Shown here: piece after piece, positions 13,101 through 26,200 of the stretch
Layout of the letters: every line of letters starts with the position of its first letter
Numbering within the stretch: position 1 is the stretch's first letter
Source of the DNA: Lenisia limosa
Taxonomy: Eukaryota > Protista > Breviatea
Length of the DNA stretch: 51,580 nucleotides
Direction: 5' to 3'
NCBI GenBank assembly: GCA_001655205.1
Contig: LPNZ01007732.1
Coordinates: 1 to 51,580 of the forward strand
Notes under the pieces: model-generated
What the model was told of the DNA's origin: nothing
What the model saw: the letters and a program-made list of their open reading frames with translations, nothing else
Database searches by the model: none
Program-made: the position numbers and the translations under genes

Positions 13101-15619
13101 TAAAAAGTAATTTTCGATAGAGTAATCCTTCTTTTCTTTCTTGATTTAATTCACACTTTGAAGGCTTTTCGTCCTTCTCATTCATCAAAACGCTTCTTGC
13201 CCCATCTGACGACTTTGTTCGCTACCGCCGCCTCCTGAAAAGAGCCATTTTACAGGCTGATGTAAGGGGGGTGAAGTTCAGAATTATACGTGGTTAGAAG
13301 AGGGAATTTTTATCTGAATTGCTTTGGAAAATCCTGACACCCTAGACAAATGACAAACATAAACCAAGTGCCGAAGATTACGCGAACTGGACTGAACGTC
13401 ACCCTATTGTTCTCCACCAGACCATTTCCGCTGTTCTCCGCCTCATCTGGTGGGTCGTATTTTCTATTACTGTTTGTTGTACTTAATTACAGGACATTTA
13501 TGCTACCTTAATTGCCTTTTTTTCTTTCTTTTAATATAAAAGAAGGGGTATAATCCAAGATTTACCCACTCAAGGATTTTGTTCCAATACAATAGCAAGT
13601 ATGAATGAATGAAGTAATATGTATTCTTCTCACTTCAAAGCGGTCTATTGCGCTCCTCCAGCGACTCGTCCATTCTCAACAACCCCCTCTTGCCCTCCCT
13701 TGTTACCTTCTGGACGCTGCCGTGTCCCCAGGTTCCTACCAGTGTCAACGAAGTGGCCCTACAGGCCTTAGAACTCCTGGTGCAGCAGAAGAAGGTACAA
13801 GAATCTACGCTCATCACTATCATGCCTGACGTCATATCAATTCTCGAATGTGATGAGCCTATTTTACAGGTGGGTATGGCAGGGGGGTGGGTCTTTTACT
13901 CATGTTGCACATATATTCTGTATCTAAGGCTTTGTCTTGATTATTACATTGTAATTGTTTTGTCGAATATCTCATATCATATTGCTTATAGGATATCACA
14001 ATATGTGGGAATTCCACTATTTTCATAAAAATAAAAAAGAAGTCCACTCGAAACCCAACTTACGCCAAAGGTGGCGGCCGCGCGCGTCATCTCACACGTC
14101 ACTTCGCCCCTCTTCACACCGGCCCTCGCTTCGAGGCTTGTCGATATTTTTGTCGAAATGTTCAACGCGGTTCTTCTTAATAGCTACGGTGACTCCCCGA
14201 CCGAGCCTTTTTTTCACATTATCCGGTCTCTTCACGTGGCAGCACGCTCAGTGGCGCGACAATGCCAGCACGGCGCTCAAAGTGAAGCCTGTCTCCTCGC
14301 GGCCATTCGCCTTCTGGTTGTCGTCCATTGCAAGGCCTGTGAGCGTCATCTTCTGCAGACTGAAACCGCTGCCACATCCGAGTTTCTTGAGGCTGCAGCG
14401 GCCTTGGTTCTCCAGCTGATCTGTGATCTAATTCCGATCATCCAACCCGGCCGGGTAGTGTATCAGGAATACGGACCCAAGGCTATGGAGCTATGTATGT
14501 CATTTGCTTCTGTGAATCTGCTGCGACTGAGTCTCAATTGCATTTTCGAGTTTATTGACACGGTGGAGGGACCAAAGAACGAGGCGTCTCTCAAAACCAT
14601 GCTTGATAAGGACTGGTTTGATCTGTGTCTATTGATCAGCCACAAACAGGAGCTCCCAAGGGCTTACGAAGCCTCCAAAGAACAAATCTCAAGTGAGGGT
14701 CGTTGGATATGGAATTGCGTTGATACACTTTATCCACTTATATCACAAGAAGGAGAAACGCTGCTAATTGTTTTTCTTTGACAACATTCATATCATATTC
14801 TTCGTCACGCTTTAAGTATGTGTGTTAATATTGACTCTACCATTCTGCCTTCAAATCCCTGAGCCTAATCTGTTTCCCCTTCCTTCATTTACTACTTTAG
14901 AACTACTTCAGGTCAGCTCCAGTGTTCTTGTAACTCTTTGCCAGCACCAATTCCTGAGGTTGGTTGGTTGATGAAGGGTACATCTGAAGCAAAATATTGG
15001 TCCAAATAAATATGGGTATACCGAAATGGGTCAAGAAATTCACGTTTTTTTTTTTTTTTTTTTTTNNNNNNNNNNNNNNNNNNNNNNNNNNNNNNNNNNN
15101 NNNNNNNNNNNNNNNNNNNNNNNNNNNNNNNNNNNNNNNNNNNNNNNNNNNNNNNNNNNNNNNNNNNNNNNNNNNNNNNNNNNNNNNNNNNNNNNNNNNN
15201 NNNNNNNNNNNNNNNNNNNNNNNNNATCATCCATTCTCTACGTCCTTCTTGTCTCAAGCCTTTGTCTGTCGCACTCCCAGAAAATGATTTATTCTAATGG
15301 TAAGAGGAAATTTCTTTTTTGTTTCAAAAAATAGGCTAACCTTCTTCTCTTATATCCCAGAATGTCTCGATATTATCTTTGAAAGGGCTGAAAGCCTCAC
15401 CCCATCATCCAATATGTAAGTGGATCTATTATGTTCATGCCATCCTATATAGTAGTNNNNNNNNNNNNNNNNNNNNNNNNNNNNNNNNNNNNNNNNNNNN
15501 NNNNNNNNNNNNNNNNNNNNNNNNNNNNNNNNNNNNNNNNNNNNNNNNNNNNNNNNNNNNNNNNNNNNNNNNNNNNNNNNNNNNNNCTCCCTCTCCAAGT
15601 TCTCCTCCACAATCTGTAA
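7147..15619 (+). CDS. RTTN: Rotatin (RTTN/Ana3)-like large ARM/HEAT-type centriolar protein
   Basis: Spliced N-terminal part ...LLANDKELFSKALGMINSASSHAVHSGLAIFNYLLQHYPPNTFLEMGHIIK|SLLALV...SAASLLSDLFVKLRREL resembles the rotatin segment [21 protein letters not shown]...VSCLQQLCMYLRNRL, recalled from memory. Large helical exons match ORFs 12193-13110 and 14071-14781. The C-terminus ECLDIIFERAESLTPSSN...LQVLLHNL* resembles the rotatin end. An 8.5-kb span fits a ~2000-aa protein. Confidence 0.68.
8190..8475. repeat. 24-bp minisatellite (cttaatctg[t/c][t/c]ccgtctccc/accat) in a rotatin intron, interrupted by an N gap
   Basis: About 9 visible tandem units. It produces the spurious ICSVSPIL / RLPHLNL ORFs. 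Confidence 0.95.
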
Positions 15620-15759
15620 TGGTAAGCGATTTTAGGCCCTTGTCGTGTTCTCACTGCCTTGAACCCATTGATGGAAACAGTAAACAGGCTAGAGTAAGTT
15701 GTTATTATTGCTCATAAGTTGGACTAAAATGGTCCATTTTTGTTGAATTTTTCGGCGAT

Positions 15760-16640
15760 TATGATGTAAAATGGGTCCCTCTACACGCTGAGGGGTTGTA
15801 CCAGAGGTATATTCGCAATTTCCGCGAATTTGAAAGGACAAAAGATGTATTTATCGAGAAAAAAAAAACATCAGTAAAAGAAACAAAGATATAAAAAGGA
15901 TACATAGGTGAGCGGCGGCGGAGTGGACGGGGACGAACTGGAGGGAGGGTGCTCACTTCTGGGGCGGCGCGGCGTGTGATCTGGGCACTTGGAGTGCAAA
16001 CCGTTTTACGGGTTTCACCTATCACATAATGATGTAACAGAGATGGTATTCAATTGTTGTAAATCGAATAGGTGGAGGTATGAGGGAAAGAAGGGGTAAA
16101 GTTGGGAGGGTGGTTAGGGGTGAGGTTGGAAGACAAAGGTGAGGTTAGTGAGGTGGTGGGAGGTGAGGTACGCCAGGTACTCCCGGAACGACGGACATGT
16201 GGGGCCATGGAAGGTCATGATCGGGTGAGTGGTGAGGTTGCTTGTGATGACCCCCATGGAGATGTCAAAGTCGAAGTCTGTGGGTGTCTGGGGTCGAAGA
16301 CGGCGCGGTAGAGGTCTTGGAATTGGAGGTGATGGGGGTGGTTTTTTTTGAAAGAACAATAAATGTATCTATAAAAATAACATTCAGTAAAAGAGAGAAA
16401 GACAGAAACAACGGAAAAAGAAAACATCAGTTTAATTTGCACGTTGGTCCGGCGGGGGTCAAATCCCAAGGATTGTGGCGGGATCTTGGAGTGGGGCCAG
16501 TGCCTATTTCGGAAAAAACTTGCATCGGGAATGAAATAGGTGGTTTAGCTTTCGGCTACGGTCATACTCTGGGGGTCATCGCGCATCCCGTCCGCTCTGC
16601 GAACGCAAGCCCCAGCAGGCCTTGGTAGTACTGACGTCGG
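15760..16640 (-). CDS. Possible small multi-exon hypothetical gene (Pro/Arg/Thr-rich)
   Basis: GC-rich minus-strand blocks bounded by AG/GT and separated by AT-rich stretches (e.g. PLPRRLRPQTPTDFDFDISMGVITSNLTTHPIMTFHGPTCPSFREYLA). The reading frame is ambiguous. Confidence 0.3.
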
Positions 16641-16899
16641 AGACGAGTCGGGAAGGCAGGGTACTGTAGTTTTTTCCTACTTTTTTCCTACTTTTTTCTT
16701 TCTTTTTCCTTCTTTTCCTCTTGTATGCTTATTTTCACCTTTATTTGGTTTCCCCAATTCTTTAAAAATGATGAGATGTATTGTCATTATTATGCAGTCG
16801 CACAATTCAATGTCATATAGCATAATATATCATACATCGATATTTGTGATACACTATTTAAAAAACGTTAAGATATACTAACCAAACTCTCAACGTTTC

Positions 16900-17260
16900 C
16901 AATATGGCACTTTTATTGATCACGCAGAGCGGCTCTTCTCGATTTTGACGCAATTTATGAGAAATGAAGCGCTCACAGGCATGATCACTACAATATGTAA
17001 ATCGTTCGCCTCCTCATCAAAGGTCAGTAGCGGATACCGAACTATTAGGCTTTCAATCCCTCCTATTATGGGCAGCTGTATATTGCCCTGGCCTAAGCTC
17101 CGACTTTTTTTTTCAAAATATTTCTTTGAAATTTAGATATTACCAGGTTAATCTTTATTATTAACGCTCTGACTGCTTAGACTAGAAACTCTCTTCGATC
17201 CACAGCATTGTGGCTGTACATTGAGGAGGAAACTGAGGGGCTATTAGATGATTAGGTATA
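16900..17260 (+). CDS. Possible short hypothetical gene
   Basis: Exon-like ERLFSILTQFMRNEALTGMITTICKSFASSSK followed by donor GTCAGT, and a later TRNSLRSTALWLYIEEETEGLLDD*. The structure is unresolved. Confidence 0.2.
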
Positions 17261-17297
17261 TTTGGTATATTCTGTATTATGCACTGTTGTATTAAGT

Positions 17298-20200
17298 TTA
17301 CAATGTCAAATCGGCCGCGTTCAACCCTTCCTTTGATAATTGGTGTAACACTGTTTCGCGAAGACCCAATTGACGGTACTGCTCCAAAAAGGGTTCAATG
17401 AAGGCTGTTTTGTCATCCCTATCATTATTCTCAACCCCATTTTGTACAGAAGAAAAAGGTTCCATCAACATACTAAATACAAGAAGGACAAGAAAATCTA
17501 CACCAATTAATTACAAAGAAAGAAACTAATTCAAAACTAAAACTCCGTAGAGTGTGCTTCGGGGGGAAGAGAACGCGTGGGGTGAAGGCTGCCTCTGGGG
17601 TAGGGGTTACGTGATATTTCTTCACAAATGAACAAAATCCCATCATTGTTTCGTCGTAAAATTAGAAAAGCATCTTTATCCACCAACCTGATAGGCTTTT
17701 TCGCTCCAATTGATGGGCTATGGAAGGAGTGTCCACGCGATAAGCTCTGCAGTATCAGGTTTTCACTCACATTTCAATTGCAGAAAGCGATCAGAAGATA
17801 TGATATTATATGTAATTTAATTGGTTTATGCCAGACCCCGTATCCCTCTCACCCCATGTGACGAACCTCCATGCTTAGGTATGTGTGGCAGGTTGCCTGA
17901 ACTGAATCGCGCCAGAAGGGCCTGTGAGGTCATAAAAGAAAACAAAACGTCCGCATGAAGCTAATAAGAGAAGTAATATCATGAAAAAGTTGATGGCTGA
18001 GGGCTTGAATTCCTTCTTCGAAAAGTATCGATATTTTACTTCTATTTTCCGAACCGAAGTGAAGTCCTAATGGCTGCATTATACAGCGAATAACCCACTT
18101 TATTGTCGAAAAAATTCCATCTTCCCTCAGCAAACCTGGTTGATATGGTGCTGGTTCTTTCGCGGCCCCTTGATACCAGGAATGTTCAGCGAGCCCGGTA
18201 GGGGTGGGAGAGGGACTGGGGAGGTGGCACCCGGGGTGGATCGCCTGACCTTTTTCGGTTATTGAGGTGGAGGGGGGGGGGGGGNNNNNNNNNNNNNNNN
18301 NNNNNNNNNNNNNNNNNNNNNNNNNNNNNNNNNNNNNNNNNNNNNNNNNNNNNNNNNNNNNNNNNNNNNNNNNNGAGAGCTGATAACAACAAAACAAATA
18401 AAGCCCAGGCCAGTCGCTTCCACCGCATCGTCAAAATGAAAAAAAAAGAGACCAAAACCAACTCTATGGCTAGGGCTGAAAGCAACAAAAACAAAGCCCA
18501 GGCCAGCGCTTCTGCATCACCACATCCCACCACTCCAGTGAACGGTAAAAAAGAAGATCGAGAGAAGCAAATCCCACAATAACCCAAAAACTATCAAACC
18601 TGCGATGCTTGATGGTACTGCTTGAGGGCCGAAGACATTGCTAAGGTTCGAGAGTTGAGCTTTGGCTTACTCAGGGAATCCTGTGACTTAGACAACTCCT
18701 GGTTCTACGAAAGTTAATAGGGGGAGAGAGATCCTTCCTTGTGAACGTAATGATTATGTACCAGTATCAGTATTATTTAGTTCGCAAATTCGATGGAGCA
18801 AAAGGCAAACAACAATTCCAGAGGCAAAGCCAGATATGGAGTTTTGTCTCCCAATTATAAGGTCTACTCCACCAATTTTAACGTACCCACCCCTCCCCAC
18901 ATAGCCCAGGCTTGAGGTTGACGACAGGTTACTAGAGGCGTGTAAAGAGCCTCTACGCGTGCTGTCGCTTCTGATTGGCGTTGTTGGGACACTGGAGTGG
19001 CCGTGTTGGTAGGCTGCACGACCACTACTGTTGTGAGTGGTATGGTATCTTGCACTGTTTATCAATATTATGATACTCAGGCTCATTCAGTGGAAGTACT
19101 ATGAAGTTCACAAAAGTATTTATTGAACGTGAGTGTCATAAATAAGTTTGTCCTTCCCAGAACTAATCACTTAAGTACGCGCTCACAGGGAAAACATTGG
19201 TATCTCCTCGTCACTAAATGTGTGAGTAAGAGTCCGAGTTCATTATACATGTACATAATGAGCAGAAGAGATAAAGAAGGTCAAAAAAATGTCCACTCTC
19301 TGGATGAATCCATAAAATCAAATTAAAATACCCTTTCCTGCAAATACAGATTTATAGATATCATATATGCATATCATACCAGATGATACGTATATACATA
19401 TCTCATTTACTATATAGTATTATAATATATATGCTTGACTGCTGCTGCACCTTTTTGTTTTTTGAGGTCAATCTCAAAAAAAAAAGCTCAAATAGCACAA
19501 TAATCATCTGTTTTCATCATTACCCCCCAACCACTCAGAGTCAGACATGACAGAAGACGAGTGTTGAAACGACGTAACAAGTGGGCTGATAGGTGATGTA
19601 GCGTGGGGGTGGCTGAGACTATACGTGGAGCTTGCCATGCTTTTATGGCTTCGTGCTGAGTACGACGCTTGGTGGATCGTTTCCTGCACACTCGGGGTGT
19701 TGGAGTAGCTCTCCGAATGGGTATTTAGGTCGGTTAAGCTGTGGACACTAGTGCGGCCGCTAACAAGACCTATTTCAGCATTTGACAGTGTCAGGGTCGA
19801 GGGCGTCTGTGGGTGGGTGGGGTAAAATTGGACAATTCATGAAACAAAAAAAGCCCAAGATCAACTTTGTTGCTGATCCCAGGCCAGTCGCTTCTGCAGT
19901 ACGCATCCCAGAAGGAATAATAGTAAGGGGGGTCAACTAAGGTAATTTCCAAAAGGAACATTATTATACAGGCCAAAAAGAGAAAATAAGACTTCAACCC
20001 TGCACTCCATACATTGTAGTGGTTCATCTGCGGGGAACTTTCCATGATATTAAGCTCGGGGGGATCAGAGTCCCTCAGTGTTGTCTGTGTTTCTTCCTAT
20101 ACAATAATGGGGGAGGGAGCAGGAAAACTAATTTCCAAAACGTTTTGACTCAATAGGGGATCCATCCCTTCCCGTCTCCCCATTTTTGGAGAATAATGAA

Positions 20201-23200
20201 GCTATGAGGCATTGAAATATGAAATATAGGTGAGAGGCAAACAGATAAGAAATATACAAAATTGTAATACTCAAATTTTGCGATCTAATGTTGCAAAAGA
20301 TTCAGACATCGCCACCAACCAGGGGGGGAACACCAGCATGAATTCGTCCGGTGGATGACCATTCAACAACAAAGGTGCTCTGAGAGGTGTCTAGATGAGA
20401 GGGAGTACCTGGGATGGAGGGGAGGGGGTGTCATAGATCGGGGAGGGAGTAAAATAGAAAAATAGTCTTGTCTCTTGTGGAATAATCTAATGATCTGGTC
20501 TTCGACTAACCAGTGAGTGATCGAATGGCCTTGGTTAGCTCAGTAGACAGCGCGAGGCAGTCCCATTCAACTGTCGTCTTTCTCTAAGGTGGAGTTAAAA
20601 AAATATGCATTTTATGTTAGGCCCAAGTCTATTTGAACTTAGTTATTTTGGTGTCCCCGAGCAACTTGTGTGTTGCTGGGAGGGAGGCTCTGAGGAGCGT
20701 GGGCGCGAGAGTGTGATAACTTGTTTTACGGTTCCACATTTATGTTTTTATTTGTTCCTGTATGTGGTCCAGACATCATTCAAAATTCGCCGGACACATC
20801 AAAACTCCCGGAGAGCTTGAAGTTGACACCTTATATAAGCCACTGTTAGTGTTTTTTGAAAAACTGCTTCCACAGATACATAGAGAAAATCCCCAACTTT
20901 TTTCAATTTTGAGCAAATGTCAAGAATCCGTGAATTTGGTCTCCCGGGGTTCCCCCTTTTGCCTTTTCACAGGATTTTTTTTCTGAATCTTACCCTCTTT
21001 TAGTGTTAAGAAAAAAATATTTGTACCCCTCGGAGTATTTGGTTCCGGGTTCCCCTTTGCTTTGGCTATGTAATGGTGAACTGTGAGAAAAAAAAAAAGC
21101 TCAAAATAGCACTGTAATGGTAAACTTTCCCGGATAGTTGTCATATATTCTTTGAATATGGTCTTTTATAACGGTTTTGTGTTTTTGGCAGTATTTGGGC
21201 CTTAAACAGACGGATTAGGCACTTAATGTGGTTTTGATTCGACAGTATGTAAAATTGGCGTTTCATCCTTTGATTAAGAAAAGGGAAATAGGGTTTATGA
21301 TGATTTTATATGGAAAACTCAAGCTGCCCCCGAGTTTCGATATGCACGGTGAATTTTGAATGATGTCCGGAGCTTTGACAATACATATGATATTCCTAAT
21401 GTACAGTATATTATTTTTCGGGTTCAAAAAAAAAAGAACATTAAGAACAAAAAGTTAAATCAATGCAAAAAGAAAAGTTTCACATTATTGTTAAAATTTT
21501 TGAGGCATGTATGAAAACAATCCTATTCCAGATACCTGGGTGAGTGGTTTTTTCTCAGGGGCTGACGGAGGGGCTTTGGTAAAAAGAGACTGTGAGCGGT
21601 CGCGCGATGCTCGTGGTGTTACAGTGGCTTTGTTAAGGTCCAAACTACATCGTCAGAAGAGTTTTGGTTGATATTATCCTAATAAAAAAGATAAAAAAAG
21701 CAGGAAGGAGTGGGGGCAAATATCTGAGCCTTGACAATATAGTATGCCGCTTCTCACCTGGATGATACGCCACCACGGTTTGATGTTCCTCCGATACTTG
21801 TTGCTCGAGACTGATGGTGTCAATGAAACACACAAATATCGCGAATGTATTTACATTAATGACGACCCATCTTTCTTGTCAACTTACAATTCAGTAAAAA
21901 TATTACTTGTATATTATATGCATTCAATGATAATATATATATATATATATGTATTATAATATAATAACAGAAATAAAAAAGCAATATTGCGATGGCAACT
22001 AATGTATATACCCTGGTCAACACAGCGTCGCCTTCCAGAGGCACATTGTCTTCCTCGTAAATGCTGTTGGTTGATATCTCGCGGGCAAGAGTACTCTTTC
22101 GTGCAGATCTCAGAGATCTTGAAGATAGAGACATTGGCCGAGTGCTTGATGTGGCCAATTTGACAATTGATTGGGAACTGGTGTGTGTGTGGGGGGGGGG
22201 GGGNNNNNNNNNNNNNNNNNNNNNNNNNNNNNNNNNNNNNNNNNNNNNNNNNNNNNNNNNNNNNNNNNCTACCACCGAATAACGCATCTCTTTCAGCCAA
22301 AAGAAAGTGAATACGAGTTATTTTCCGAAAGGAGCCTATATGTATCCTTACCAATGCGCTTGCTCATCAGAACTCTCGGAACGTTCAGAATTGAGCCGGT
22401 TCGACACACTGAAGCGTTACCAAGCACCCCAGAGAAGACATGATCAAAAGATGAATCAGGCTGGCTGCAACAACAAATCGTTTTTGAAAACCTAAAATGA
22501 TACATCAAAAAGAATGTACCCCCCCCCNNNNNNNNNNNNCCCGACACAACTCCGATGCGGTATTGCCACGACATTGAAAGGGTGCGAAGCCTGAGGACGG
22601 CAAGCGGAGAGACGGACACAAGGTGACGCGGGGCCCGTGCGAGGGTCTTGGCAACCTTGAGGATAAATAATCCAGAGCTTTATATGAAGAGAAAATAACC
22701 AACCTCAGAATTTACTCCTTTTTGCTCAAGGGGGTCCACAAGGATGAATGTAGGTCTAAGAAAACCGACAACTCCACTAAGGGAGGGACCTACAACAATG
22801 ACAATGGAGATCAATTTATTATAAAGTTCATATACTCGTACATAATACTTGGGGAAATCATATTTTTAAACGTTCAAAATCATTCACATTTTTCACAATT
22901 TTAAGACTTATTTACACTTCCCCGCTGACCAGCGCCAACAGCAATACGAAGGTCCAGGGACGGAAGGAACTCTAGCATGAGTTGCGCATTGAGTGACTTC
23001 ATGGCGTGCTGAATGTGCAATGCAAGACCTTAACCACAATTATTTTCATTGTTGGAGTGTGTTGAGGGGTATAAGTAGCCAGGATTTCAACAAGTCTTCA
23101 TAGAAAAGCACACCAGCAATCGAGTGGATAGGTGATTCCAGTGACGTCTTGGGGAGTCCTGCCACGGCAGCGTACGTTTCTATAGAGTGTGAGTCGCCTA

Positions 23201-26200
23201 TCTTTCTACAATACTGCTTGTCATGCTACAGAGTACATAATATGCACCTGGTCTATTTAAACTTAACATACTACAACATTCCAAATGTTTAAATGTCCCC
23301 GTTTTCTCAATATTTCGAGTCTATTTTTTCAGCAAACCTCCGATTGATGTGAGTGAGTAACAATCTGAATCGTGAGAAGGCAATAAAAAAAGAAAAACTC
23401 ATATAAATTAACCATGTTATGTATAGACTGATCATCTGAATAAAGCAGACCCGCTCACCTTGTTTCTCAACAAGCGTATCGAAGGTGGTGAACGTGATAC
23501 TCAAGATACGCAGCAGTTGCTCCGGTTCCAGCGCCAGGGTCATTGAAATAAGAGTCGGGATTTCAATCTAAAATAGTGACTGAGGCCCAAGAGCAAGCAA
23601 ACAGTCATAATACTACAATTTCAGAAGGTGGAAATGAAAATCGCATTGAAAAGACTTCCCTCCCCCAAAAGCCCACTTTCAGTACACTGAGCTCATGGAA
23701 CTCCTCCATAAAGTCCGTTCGCGGCCCATTGGCAGCAAATCGCTCAACAAGATGGACCGGAAGCAGTCCCGACAGCTATGGGGGGGGGGGTGAGTAAAAT
23801 TGGAAAATTTGAAACAAAAAAACCCAAATCAACTCTGTTGGCTGACAACACACAAGGGTTGATAACAACAAAACAAAGCCCAGACCAGTCGTTCTGATCA
23901 CTGATGACAACTGACGGATAAAGGACAAGGGAGGGGGGTGCGCGGGAGATATTTGATATTGGGGCAGATGTGAAATAGAACACTCTCCCATTTCAACCCA
24001 AGAACACCACCCACGATTTCGGATATATTCTGAATATGTCTGTCCAATGTTGTGGTGGATGTGAACGCCTGTCGCGCGTAACTGTCCGTAAACTGCGCTA
24101 ATGTCGCAGTGACATAGGAATAGATGGCAATCACAACAACTGGAGGAAAGGGGGGTGTTTACACAAACAAAAAGATGTCAACTCAAAAAAGATCCTAATT
24201 CAATTGAAGTAGCAATCAAACAAAAACAGCCAAACGGCTTTTCTCAAAAAAAATGACTAGGCCTACGTAAAGGAAGCATTGCGGTTGCTGGGAGGCTTCG
24301 GACAAAGAATGATGAACACACTCCAAGCAAAACCGACACAGAAAGAAGAAGCTACACCATGTGAGGAAAGGAGCAAGACAGAACGTTAACTGGTATCAAT
24401 ACCCTCCTTGTACATTTTCCCCACCATTATACGATTCAAAACTGACAAGCACCACAAACTTGCACAGAGAGGTACGGGGCGAAGAAGAAGAGGACGAATG
24501 TGATAAAGAGGGAGAGCTCCATAACAGCAAACTCGTAAGGCTCTTGCTCCCAATCGTGTGGCCGGACCTCCTTGGTGGCCAGGGAGTCCATTGCTGCTAT
24601 TGCAAGGTATGGGTAGATCACAGCTACGGGGATTAACATGAAGTGAAAATTCTCTAAACCTCTCGATATCAGTCCCATGTTTTCAAACTGCGTGGAATTC
24701 TAGGTCCTAAGCGTATCTGTAACCGCTTTACGCCAGGTTACCAGTACAACAACTCTGTATGAAAAGAACAGTACTTATTATCCCACCATAAATAACTAAT
24801 TATCAACCCCCAAAAAAGAAGATCATATTCACCCCCTCCACCAGATACACAGGCAAGGATGACGTCATACGAGGCAGCTGTTTGCTTGGATGAACTGAGT
24901 ACCGCCAGGCTTTGCATGATGGCAAGTGTCAAGCTCAGTATCACAAATGCTGGGGTGGTAGGTAAACCGGAGTAAATTCCCTGGTGTATGACTGTGTATG
25001 TAGATGCGGAAACAATAAAGTGCATGTCTGCCCAGGCCATCGTTTTTAAAAGAACAAAGGTATTGACAGTTCTCCAAATGATTATCTTCTCATTTTCAGC
25101 AGAAGAGTATTCACCCTCAAAACATACATGAAATCTCGGTTCCTTCATTGAAGTAAAACATAACCGGGAAAACGGAGCCCAAAATGAGAAGCCCAAAAAA
25201 GAGCTGAAGATGTCAAAAAAACAATGTCAAAAAAACAATGATTAGAAATTGAAAGAAAAAACAATCAAACAAAAGTCCCCCCTCGAACTTTAACTTTCTT
25301 CAGTCTGATTTGGAGATCCATGCGATACAGCTCCTCAGCCGATAAGTCTGTAAAAGCCGTCCCTCCGACTTCCTGTGCTGGCTTCACGCCTCTCCAATAA
25401 CTGCTTGCTTTTTCAAGACTGTAGAATTAGAGAAATCTCATCCATTTTCGCTTAGTTAAAGCTATAATATAGATATGTTTCAGAGAATAGTCTAAGGTCT
25501 TTGTACATAACCTGCTGTCAGTTTTGTGATAATGATAACACTTTACCAAATGAGAGCCCACCTTATGGTTTCACAGATTTTACAATACGCCTCTGTCGAC
25601 GCCTGTTTGCCATATCGGGCAGAAAGCCACGAGCCTGAAAGATCAGAGGAACTTGGGGGTACATAAGATTGTAAAAAGAAGGGGATCTTCTCATTGCAAT
25701 GGCGCATCCACTCAACCATTCATATGGTATCTTGCACTGGTATTGGAAGACGGCGTCGAACTTGCAACTGCTGCTAGGTTCAACCTGTGGAGTGAACAAA
25801 TGAAAAAAAAAAAACTTGGGCTTCCCTTCGGTCCGAATGGATGCTACCGAAGCTTCAAAGAAAAATGAATTGAAAGTAGAATGACTCAAAGTCTGCACCA
25901 GGTTTCCAACAAAACTAAAAGTGAATGTCTCACCTTGGCATTGGTGGAGACAGTGACGCGCCTTGCGGTGGTTTTGGGGGGTACTCCACACTCCTTGCCG
26001 AGTTCTGGGGAGAAGTGTCGGCTGAGTTGGGGACTGTAAGCGAGTTGCCTAATAGTTAATTAAGAAAATGTACCGTATGAAGTGATATTATTCGATCTAT
26101 TCCCATATCATATGATGAGTAAAGTCAATACCAATGCAAACCAAGTTTCCGGCAAGTTGTGGGGGTGGACCCCAGATTACGACTACTTGGAATGGATTCA

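Noticed and set aside
18262-18582. Plus-strand ORF RADNNKTNKAQASRF...
   Set aside because: It is a reading through two copies of the intronic repeat next to an N gap, with no start codon or splice support as a gene.
20528-20576. tRNA-Met-like 5' half (GCCTTGGTTAGCTCAGTAGACAGCGCG..GCAGTCCCATTCAACTGT)
   Set aside because: There is no T-arm (GTTC) or 3' acceptor strand, and stem spacing is off. The opposite strand is a clean in-phase cyclase exon (RKTTVEWDCLALSTELTKAIRSLT) with AG and GT borders, so the likeness is probably coincidental.
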